From Craspedostauros australis (Eukaryota), in NCBI GenBank assembly GCA_030167865.1, contig JALAGF010003778.1, positions 62,001-101,454 of the forward strand: a stretch of 39,454 nucleotides of DNA, written 5' to 3'. This document shows, piece by piece, positions 20,674-31,201 of this stretch. Below the pieces are notes generated by a model, which was given only the letters and a program-made list of their open reading frames with translations, searched no databases and was not told where the DNA came from. Position numbers and translations under genes: made by a program. Each line of letters begins with the position of its first letter. The stretch's first letter is position 1.

Positions 20674-21931
20674 CCCACGTGCGCACAGGTAAGGAGAGAG
20701 AAGAGTGGCAAAGGAGGCTAACTGAACGCAAAAGGGTCACGCCGTGGTGGTCTGACCGACAAGGCAGTACCCCTCGGATAATAGCCTCTCGCGAGCACAC
20801 CCCTTTGCGGCAACTGGTTGAGTTGCTGTGGATTGCTTCACTGTGTGCTGTTACGTTGCCACGCTTACCAATTCGCACTATCCGTACGACTATTAGTACA
20901 CTCCATTGGCAACGCTCCGAAAACAGCAGCAACCACGTCAACCCCAACAATCACACCTTGATCATAACAGCAACAGCAACAGCAACAGCAGCAGTTGCAA
21001 CACAACACACTCCATCACAACACCCTCCTCTCCTCAATCAGAGACCATCGCAGGCTGTGCTTGGGTGCTCGTCGACCTTCGTTGGCGCTCCGACGATCTA
21101 AACCACTCAACCAATACGCTTACGAGTCACTGAGACCCTGGGACAGAGGACTCTGCCCTGCTCTTCTCCGCTCTTCTCTGATTGACGATCCATTCGGACT
21201 GACCATTCTCACTGTTCATCGGCTAACAAACCTCATCCAACAAACCAACGCAAATACAGTCCAACACAGACACAGTCAAGCACAGACACAAAGGTGATCG
21301 CAGCAATCCCGTGATTGCGATTCGCACAAGTCGTCACACACTCACACAACTGTACTCACAACTATACCAATCCGAGGAGGTCCACTCATCTCTGCCGACA
21401 ACAGCGATAGCAACAGCAATCCATTCGCAGCACTTGGAGCAATCGCTCGCTTTCAGAAGAGAACAATCGTTTTGGCACAACACGACTACAATCAGCACGA
21501 TCAGTAAGACCATCGCCATTCTGCCACGCTGATACATTCGTATACAATCGCATACGTTCATATACATTCATACTATTCTATTATACATTCCATTGTATCC
21601 GCACCATTCTGGAGTATAATACGATCTGCTCTCCCGATACTCCATTTCAGAGTTCCATTCTTCACAACACCACACCACACAATACGACCAACTCTGCTCT
21701 CCTCTACTCTACTCTACTCAACAACACTTGAGAGTACTTCACCCATCTACGGTACTACCGTACACTTGCGTGCCCATTGCATGCCTATTACATGCCCATT
21801 GCATGATAGAGAGTAATACACCTACATCAGCGAACAAACAAGCAAGCAAGCATCCATTCCACGGCAGCTAACAACAACAGTCACCCAGCGTGATCAATCG
21901 ACCCTCACCATCCTCGTACCATCCTCGCACT
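20674..21931 (+). promoter_or_regulatory. Putative long 5' leader of the Cys/His-domain gene, with a possible UTR intron ending at 21880 and three clustered upstream ATGs
   Basis: No ATG on the + strand from 20674 to 21780. ATGs occur at 21781, 21792 and 21803. A branch point CTAAC (21868-21872) precedes acceptor CAG (21878-21880). Candidate donors are GTAAGA at 21504 and GTAAGG at 20689. Confidence 0.4.
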
Positions 21932-24777
21932 ATGAACTCGGAGAGGACGGCAGGGGCACCTGCCGGGGGCGTCCAGGATGCCCTCGCTCTCTTGGCCGGA
22001 GCCGCCGACACGCACAATCAGACCACACGAGAGAACGCAAGGGAGACCACCTTGGCGAGCGATGCCAGCACTTCCGTCGCAGCAGCGTCCGCAGCAGCCG
22101 CCGCCGCCAGCTCTGCCTCCGTCTCTGCCGCAGCTGCCGCTGAGCAAAAGGAACACAACCCCAATCTCTCTGCGGCGCTGGGCAACGAAGCAGCGCTCGC
22201 GGCATTGCGAGAAGAAGCCCTGCAACAGCAGATGCTGCTGGCTCGCATGGGCATGGCAGCGGGGGGACCAGCAGGAGCCGCAGCAGGAGGTCTCGGCCCC
22301 AATGCCGCCGTCTTGGGTGACCACCTGCGCGGAGCCGAGGATATGGCCACCATGCTGCGGGAACGCCAGCTCGCGGCACTCGAGCTGCAGCGACAGCAAC
22401 AGCAGCTGGCGTGGTTGGGCCTGGGACAGGAGATCGGATTCAACCACGAGATCCAGAACCTCCTCCTCGCGCGTCAGCTGCAACAGGCATCGATGCTGCG
22501 CAACGCCGACATGCTGCTGGGTGGCATCGCCAACAACGGTGCGGCTCACGGCAACGCCAGTGCCAACGCATCCGTCGCGGCCGACACCGTGCCGTCGGAC
22601 ATGGCGGCAGGCCGAGCCATCGAACACCTAGGTGGCGTGCGCGCCGACGGCAGCCCCTTGGTGCAGTACCTCGAAGACATCAACCGCCGCAAGAACCTGG
22701 CGGCCATGACGGGGGACAAGGCTATGCTGGCCGAGCACATCCGAGCCCAGCAAATGGCGGCCCAGCTCGAAGCCGTGCATCCGCACGAAGTGGCTTCTGG
22801 CGCATTGTCGACGACGCATCGCATCGTGCCGGGCGAGCGCAAGGACGACAAGTCGGCCGATACCGTCGTGCTGCCGTGCCGGGCCCGCGGTATGCCCATG
22901 GATCACAACGTCAAGGTAAGAGCTGCATCATGCTTGAGCTGTCGCAGCGGTATTGAGGTTGTGTTGTGTTGTTGACCGCGATTCTTGGGCAACTGATCGA
23001 GCATGCCAACGGCAACAGCAAACAACTCACGGCGTTACATTTCCTCATACATTCCCACACACATAAACACACACACACACATGCGCGACACCAATTGCAG
23101 ACCGCATACTTCGTCGTCTCCAAGGACATCCAGCATGGACAGGAGCTCTTCTGCTCCTACTTCGCCTGCCGCAATGCCGGCACCAAGTTCCGCTACTGCG
23201 TGCACTGCAACATCCCGGTCGCCAAGCGCAACTTTCGCAAACGCCACAAGCATGCTGGCAAGATCCCGGACAACAAGATGGGTGGCATGATGGACGATGA
23301 CAGCGACGAAGGATCCGATCAAACCGACAAGGTGCAAGCCAAGGCTGCGGCATCAACCGCTGCGAATGCCAACAGTGCCAACACCAAACCCCCATCCACC
23401 GCCTCCCTCAAGCGGAAGGAGAAGAAGACGAAGGATTCCATCAAGCCTGCCAAAGTCACCAAGGTCACCAAGAAATCCAATGGCGCAACTTCCACCTCAT
23501 CCGTCAGCAGCAGCAGCAACCGAAGCAATGCCAACGGTGCCACCACCAAGCCCAAAGCCCGCAGCAAACCACCGAGCGACGCTGGGAGCGTTTCCTCGGC
23601 TGCGGTGGCCTCCAAGACGCCACCTGCGAAAGCCAGCGCATCCAAGAACGCCAACGGTTCTGCGAAATCGAAGAATGCGGCTGGAAGCAAGCAGAATCAC
23701 GCAAAGATGACGGAGAAGGTCCTCAAGGTGCTCGTCGACAAGAAGTCTCCACATGTCGAGGTGGCCAGCAACGGCACCAGCAAGGACGCAACCCGAGTGC
23801 CCAGGATCTGCGACGGCCTTGCAGACGTGCACGCTGTGCACGCTATCCAAGCCATTCAGCCGGTCTGGTCGGCGTTGCTGGACAAACGCCCCAAGACGGG
23901 CAATGCCGAGGAATTGGCCAAGTGGTGTGAGGAGGTTCTGGCTGTGAGCACCTTGGATATGCCAGGTGTGCCCATGATGTGTTTGCCGGTCAATCCCAGC
24001 GCTGCCGCCACGAAAGCCGCAAGTTCTTCTGCAGCTGTGACGAAGGAAACCAAAAAATCAAACGGCAAGGCAAAGGCCACCAAGTCCAGGGCCAACGCCT
24101 CCCCAGTCCCCCCTCCTGCGGCTGCTACCGCCACCGCTGCGGCGAGCGATTCCAAGAGCAAAGGGAAGGACAACGAAAGCAAACTGCTGAAGAAGATGAA
24201 GCTGTCATGGAAGCGAAAGGGCCGCAGACCGGAAACCAACAAGGCTAAGAACGCCGAAGACGAGGGCCTACCAAAGGCCAAGCGTCCTGCTCTCGCAGGA
24301 AAGGTCAGCAACAGCACAACCAGCAAGGCCAGCACGGTGACGACTACCAGCAGCAACAGCGCCAAGTCCAAGCCCAGTGCTACCGCCAACGGCAAAGCCA
24401 ACAGCAACGGCAGCTCTAAGCTCGTCGCAGCATCATCCACGAAGAAGAATGCCAGCAAGGTCAGCGAAGCCAAGCCGCAAAAACGGGCTATTGCTGCTGC
24501 TGCTGCTGCTGCTGCTAAGAAGGCAACGGAACAGGCCAAGAAGGACAAGGAGGCTGATAAGATGGAAGTGGAGGAAGAGTATGACGAAGACATGGAAGAG
24601 GACGAAGAGGAATCCGAAGACGATGATGATGACGAGGAGTACATCGACGAAGACGAACAAGCACGAGGCGCGAACTCCAAGGACGACACTGATGACGATG
24701 GCTCAACATCCAGCGATGGTAGCTACAATCTCGTCGACGCTCGAAAGCGCCGCAAGATACACAACCTGAGGAAATGA
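21932..24777 (+). CDS. Uncharacterised putative nuclear regulator (~886 aa) with a Cys/His putative zinc-binding domain. Exons 21932..22915 and 23101..24777.
   Basis: Intron 22916..23100 (AAG|GTAAGA ... TTGCAG|ACC, phase 0) joins PCRARGMPMDHNVK to TAYFVVSKDIQHGQELFCSYFACRNAGTKFRYCVHCNIPVAKRNFRKRHKH. The N-terminus is Q/A/L-rich, the middle is K/S/A-rich and disordered with NLS-like KRKEKK and KRKGRR, and the tail is acidic and ends RKRRK. Codon usage is coding-like. Confidence 0.85.
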
Positions 24778-27554
24778 AGCGGCAGTAGCAGCAGCACTGT
24801 CAATTGCGACAGCAACAGCTACAACGGGATGCATCAATGTATTATACCAATCAATCACGATGCAGGTCTAAATTTTGGGGGGGATGGGATCATCAAATTG
24901 AACATGCCGAAACGAGGCGTGCAAGACAGGAAGGAAGGAAATCGCCACACTTACTGCAATACGTGGTATGAGAACAACATGAAGGGAAATGGAACACATT
25001 GCGAGTACGTATCAAGGCCTTGGGTATTGGCCCACTTGCTGTTATGAGCAAAGGAGGGGGAAGAAGGAAGCAAGAAATCAAGGACGCAAGTAAGCACACG
25101 GAAGGGTCAACGCACGAACTAACTACCTGTAGCGAGCAGGAAAAGAGAATTCTGAGCATACGCGCACGTAAAGCAAGCAAGTTTACCCAAACATAAGTGA
25201 GCGTGGTACCTGCATGAGCGGGAGCGTGTCGATAGCTCTGGTAGAGTCGAGCGATCTGCACCCCATGATCATGTTGCGCGAGGAGTTGTGGTTTGTGTTT
25301 GATCTGGGTGACTGCGTAGCGGCAGCTGTGATGGTGACGATGATGATGACATTGATTGTGGTTGCGATGGCGGCAGCATCGGACGATTCACAAGGCGAGA
25401 CGATGGTGGCTGCTGAACATGCACAGTACGTATTGTGAATGATGTGTTGCGGATGTTGTGTGGAGGAGATGTGTGATGGGTGGTGAGGGAGAGCGGACAA
25501 TTGGAGACATCGTGCAGAGACACCAAGCCCAACAGAGAGCAATGAATGAACAACGCGCCACACCATGCCACAGATCACATGTTACCACAGGCATCACAGA
25601 TTCAGAAGCGAAGGGCAGTCTTGTTGGACATCAGACGTCGGCGAGGTCTCGGAACGGAGTTTACGCTTCTCAGGGGAGGGACGACTCCGACAAGACATGC
25701 CTTCGGAGAATCACATAGTCATCATCGGAGTGCGAATCGGAGTTTGCAATCTTGACTGGCGAGCCTGCGAATCAATGGTTCGTGAATCACATGCCACCAA
25801 TAACCACGCGGGACACACGCTGTGTTCTGCTGACCAACGTGACACGATCTAATCCACCACTGCCGATCTGATGATGTGTTTGAAACCAACATCCAATCCA
25901 CCACGATTGATTTTTTGCGGAAGCGGAAGCCAGAAACCTCACGGAAACCTCAGAGAAACCTCAGAGCGACCTGGGATGCCTGGCGGAGCAGCAGGAGGAC
26001 TGGATGATGTATTGGTACATGCGAATACGTGCGAGAACATGCGAGTATGTGCGAGGACTTGTGATGTGTTGTCTGTTGCGCCTCAATGTAGGCTACGAAG
26101 AGATGACTGGATGATGGGCTTTGTCAGGTCGTGAGAACGAGCGAGGGATTGAGATGATGTGCAAGAGTTCTCGATGTTTGTCGTTGGGTGTTTGACATAG
26201 CGATGACAACAGCATCGTATAATGGATGGGCAGTAGCGGCACGTGGGAGACCACAGTCGAATGCTTGAAACGTTTTGAAGTTGTTTCGTTCCCCCATCGC
26301 CGTTGACTGATTCATGGCGCATGCCGCTTGTTGTCTGTCGCGTGTTGCCTGACGTAGCAACTCGTCATGGTCGACCTACATCTTCTATAATAGGTCGTAC
26401 GTGTGCCGCTGCATCATGCTTGTACCTCTGTAGGTGGTCATGCGATGAATCGAGGGAATGCAGGCCAATTTTGTCGATGACCTTTTGGATGGCTCCATGC
26501 GCACTGCGCAATGCCATGTCCTCATCTTTCTCTCCACCTTCGGAGGTCAATCTCAATCTCATGATTGGCATACATGCACCTTCTCTACTCTTGTGTCGTT
26601 TGCTTTGGCTTTGGAGGCACCCCATGCTTTGAAGTTGCTCTGTTGTGATACTACATCCTCACACGAAGCAGCGAGAAGGACACAGGACATATCCCGGCGT
26701 GGGAGAGACCAAGGGAGGACAGCGGTCGACGATGGGAAATGTCTGCCGAAGTGTGATTCGGCTCCTGCTCTTTGGCGGTCCTTCCCAGCGCACCGATCGT
26801 GGATTCTCGGACTGCTGCCAACGGTCACCTTGAGACACGCATCAAGTCGCAGCAGCTTGGCCTCTCCAGTCTGCGTGTCTCCTCTGTGCGATACTCTACA
26901 ATTGCATGGTGTATGTGTATGCGTGTGTGTGTGTGTGTTTGTGTATTTTGTGAACTATGGACTGTTATCCTTGACATGACATCTATTCTTGACTTGTGTG
27001 CGTGTGTGTGTGTGTTGGCTGTGCGCTATCAGCAGCCAAAGCCCCCCAGTTGGGCATGGCGGAGCATGTAGCACGACACGCATGTGCTACTGCTCCTAGC
27101 TGTTGCTCCTTCCCCTAATCGAGAAATCTACAAAGTGGTGTGTATTGGGATTCTCGATTTGCCGTTGTTCGCGAATGCTGCGGAGCGCCTTCTCTATCCA
27201 TCTCTGATAGGGTGGAGCATTGTGCTCTGTGCGCAACGACAAGGCATGGCGCTCTCTTCGATCCAATCGAAGGAGCGTGCCGTTGCCATGCTGCGCCGGA
27301 GTGCCTCTTGCTTTGTGACTTCTGTCTTGTGACTTGGGTCATCTCTGCTTGATCTTGTCAGTGGTCTTGTTTCTGGAATTGAGAACCCGCATGCGACCAT
27401 CACAGGGATGACTGTGGTTGTTGTTGTCGTCGTTGTAGTTGTGACAAGGGTGAGCACGGACCAAACTGCGGAATGGTTCACGCGTGAGCATCTGTGTTGT
27501 TGCTGTTGCTATTGCTGCATGTGGTGACAGTTGGTGACAGTTGGCGGAATGACC

Positions 27555-27905
27555 TTACAACTCCTCTTCATCATCGTCATCGTCGAAGGCAAGACATCTC
27601 TTGATTGAGAACATGTCTGGGATGTCGTCGGCTGGCTGCGAAGGTGAGCGGAAGATGGATCCCATGGTCTCCTTTGTCCTCCACGACGATTCCGAGTCCT
27701 TCCTGGGTCTCTGCGGGGTGGCGAAGATGGAGGACGGCCTCGACATGGACGATGAGATCATCTGCTGGTGCTGCTGGTGATGTCTGCCGGCCTTGGTTGG
27801 GGTTCGGAATGGAGATGTGTCCTCCTGCGATTCTGTGCTTCTTGTTCTGGACACGTCGATGCCCAGGAACTGCTGCGTTGTGGATGCGATTGGTGCTGCT
27901 CTCAT
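27555..27905 (-). CDS. Small disordered orphan protein (116 aa) with CDK consensus sites and a C-terminal RxLxF motif
   Basis: The ATG at 27905 is preceded by ~330 nt of ATG-free, CA-rich leader like those of the confirmed genes here. Codon choice is coding-like. The protein contains FRTPTK, FATPQR, FRSP and KRCLAFDDDDDEEEL. Confidence 0.65.
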   Translation of the reverse strand: MRAAPIASTTQQFLGIDVSRTRSTESQEDTSPFRTPTKAGRHHQQHQQMISSSMSRPSSIFATPQRPRKDSESSWRTKETMGSIFRSPSQPADDIPDMFSIKRCLAFDDDDDEEEL

Positions 27906-28126
27906 GATTGCTGTTGGTTGGCTTGTTGGCTTGTTGCGTTGGTACTGGGTTGGTGATGCGATTGGCTTGCTTTGCTTGTTGTTGGTATGCTTTTGGTTTT
28001 TGTGAGCTGACTGTCTTGATTGTGACCTGTGCAATGTGTGTGTCCCTTTGTACAGTCCTCGTACAAAGTCTGACAGGTGGTGCGCTTCTGTTTGTGTTGA
28101 CGTTTCAGCTCGGTCGTGCTTTGTGT

Positions 28127-28150
28127 GTGTTTGGGTGTTTGGGTGTTTGG
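28127..28150 (-). repeat. (CCAAACAC)x3 tandem repeat in the leader/promoter of the 116-aa ORF
   Basis: GTGTTTGG x3 on the + strand, seen directly. Confidence 0.85.
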
Positions 28151-31100
28151 GTGCGCGTTGAGTGTACCTCCTTGTGTGTTTCTTGTGCTACTGGTTGGGT
28201 GGAGACTCGGAATTTGCTTTTGTGAGGAACGGGTGGCATGCGTGGCACGAGTAAAAACTGCACACATGAAAACACCACGCCAAGAGACAAGGCAACACGG
28301 TAATGAGGTCATCCCTGTTTTGTCGTGGGCGGAGCCCTTTCTCTCCTTCGTTTCTCTTCCAGCATCTCTTCTCTCAACGGCTCTGGTCGTACTACGTCGC
28401 GTTGTTCCGCCTCTCTCCCAAACTCGAACCATGTCTCTGGGTTCCTTGGGGCGTCGATGTTGTTGATTTTCTCTTTCCACCTGTTCTTCGTGCATCGTCT
28501 CCCTCCTTGATGGCTGTTCCGCACCCGGGATTTGAGAACCCGAGGCGTGAATCGGTAGTGTTTCGAAATCTGTGATTGGCTGGTCTTACTTTTTAAATGA
28601 AAAGGTGCGGTAAATACTTTATATACATCTAAATGTATCGAATAAACGTTGATTGAACACAAGCAACAAATTGAAGCACGCTGTACACACTATAAATATC
28701 TTGTTCTGTTCACCGCTTCTTCCAATGGTTCTGGTTCCAACATCGCGAGCTCTGCAAGACCTCGTGAGATTCGGGATATCATTAACCGCCACACAACGTT
28801 AATCTGCCTACATGCAGGTCATGGATGATGCGAGCATTGAGTTTTATGGTCAACGTACACGCTGGATTGGCATTCAAAATCCACACTGATCGGATCTCCC
28901 CCCTCATTTCCCACAACTTGCCACCGGCTTTTGGAAACTAACATCCGCCCTTTCCACAAGACAACGGAAAATACGAGCCAAGCATCGCAACAACGCCCAC
29001 AACAACAGTGACGCTGACTGTTCTTGGCTGCTGTTGATCGGCACGGGATGCGGTTACTTCCTGTTGGGTTCCTGTTGGACGGTGTCAACAGTCTTGGCGC
29101 AGCCGTTGGGTTTGATGGCCAACGGAGAAGATTGGCTCGGTTCTGACGTTGTGGTCGGAGGTTGGAGGAAGTGGGTATAGGACGTTCCGATTCTCGCAGA
29201 GTCCGAGCGTTAGTGCTGCGTTGCGGAAAGGTTAGGTCGATGATGATGATGATGATGACGGTGGCGGCAGGATAGCACTTGGTGGCAGGCACAGAAACGG
29301 CGCTGTCTCCGAGTTTGGAGAACATTCCGCCAGCTGCCTTCGCCTGAGCGGAGATGGCGATGGCGACGGTGTCGTGTCAGAGAAGGAGGAAGGCGGAAGC
29401 GGGGTATGTGCCTATTATACTATTTCGTCTCCTCCGTTCTACGAATAGTCGTACGAACTGGATATTTGGATCGAACCCTGCACGAATCTGCACCATCCCG
29501 TAAGTGCATCAATGGGATCCCGGATGGCACTCGTGTGAACGAGAGACCCATCAACTTGCTAACGACTCATCCCAAGATGTTTGGAAGACGAGTGTCCCGT
29601 ATCAAACCATTCTGCTGGTGCAATGGTGCCATACTCCATCTTGCAATGCAATACGAATCCTTCGAAAACACGTCTCGCATCGCCTCCAACGTACACAGCG
29701 ACATGATCGTCGAACACTGATGAACGCTCTGGTGCAATATGCGGAAAGCGAAGGCAAGGCGACGGTGATGTGTGCGGCGTGGGCATCGGTCGCACAAGCA
29801 GTCGTCACAAGCAGGAATCGTGGAGGATCATCGCACACCTTTCTTGGAGGCTCCAACGATGAACGCGGACGATGTTCCTTGTGATGAAGACAAACAAGAA
29901 CAGAATCGTGTTTGTGTGAGGAGAAATTAGTTGATCCTAGTTTGTTTTTCGTTTTGCACTAGTGTGACAATTGACATGTCGCATGCAAGTCTCACATTGA
30001 TACGCGGTAAATTACACGAAATATAATTTGTGATTGTATCGACATGAGAAATTAAATGCGGATTACGTATTATTCACCATGACACGTATCGAGATTTTTA
30101 CAAAATCGCACAGTACCAGCAACGCACCTCGTGCACTAATTGCTAGCATCTTCCACCCTCATCCATCCGTCGGCCAGAGCCGAGGCCGATGTGAACATGA
30201 ACATGAATGTGAATGTGACAATGATTGCGAATGAAGCAATGCTCTGTTGGTATCTGTTGTCCGCGTGATACATGAGGCAAGAATGTGATGATTCACATGG
30301 TCCACGATGCTGAGCAGTTTCTCATCCTTTGTACGTGCTATTATGAAACACATGAACAGAAGTTGTCGTTGCGCAACTACATACTCTCCAGAGAGGATTA
30401 TACCAGTACAATACTCAGATCGCTACGCGATCGACAACCACTTTCTCGAAATCAATCTCTGGCACTGGTTCGGCTCAGCAGATGGAAACCGTCCACAGAC
30501 GTTTTTGTGACGCTGGGCAGAGAGTCGGAAGATTGCCCTAACCTGCGTCAACAGGTGTCCGAAATCGATCTTCGATACCATGGTGAAGCGGTACACCGCA
30601 GTGCAGCACAAAATGGCTCCTGGTTGAACCCCAGATGATTCTGCGCGAAGAGGACCGCGAGAATGGCGACGAAGAGAATCAAGGATGCTGCAAGCACGAG
30701 TGGATACACACCCCAGTGCTGGTTGCTTGGGCAGGTGAACGGGACGGAAGAGATTGACCTGGTGATGAAGGAAGTGGCCTTCAGCATTGACAGCCGTCAC
30801 AGAGACACCATCACTGGGGATGGTGAGAGAAACGTCATCACCGCCGGCGCCACTACCTTCATCGTAGTTGCAGGTCCCATGCCATCATCCTCATCCTTGA
30901 AGAATGGCAACCGAGAAGTCGCTGGCGGAAGCACCGCACGAGTCTGGCCCAATCGAGGGCAGCAATCCTGCAGGGGGAGGAGGTGCGTAGTTCCGTCCCA
31001 GCTCCCACCATGACTGAGGGAATCAGATCCCTGCCCACAAACGAATCAACAATGACGTGCCACCGCACAAGAAGGAGTGTATAGCGGATGTTGTGGAATG

Positions 31101-31201
31101 TAACAAATGTAACCGTATTCTATTGTACTTGTATCATGAGTAACGGGAATGGCTGTTGCTGTTGCGCAACATGGAACAAAACTTGTAAAATCGCCTCCAC
31201 A

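Noticed and set aside
28819-29325. 168-aa minus-strand ORF
   Set aside because: Low-complexity translation driven by (ATC)n and CA-rich sequence, with no recognisable motif or codon bias. It could be non-coding transcribed sequence.
28560-30110. Two AT-rich patches (28580-28700 and 29930-30110) sharing GCGGTAAAT and TGTATCGA, considered as transposon ends or LTRs
   Set aside because: The matches are only 8-9 bp with different spacing. I found no terminal inverted repeat, target-site duplication or transposase/RT coding between them.
30285-31013. Short + strand ORFs downstream of the kinase
   Set aside because: No consistent frame, splice model or recognisable domain. A decayed gene cannot be excluded.
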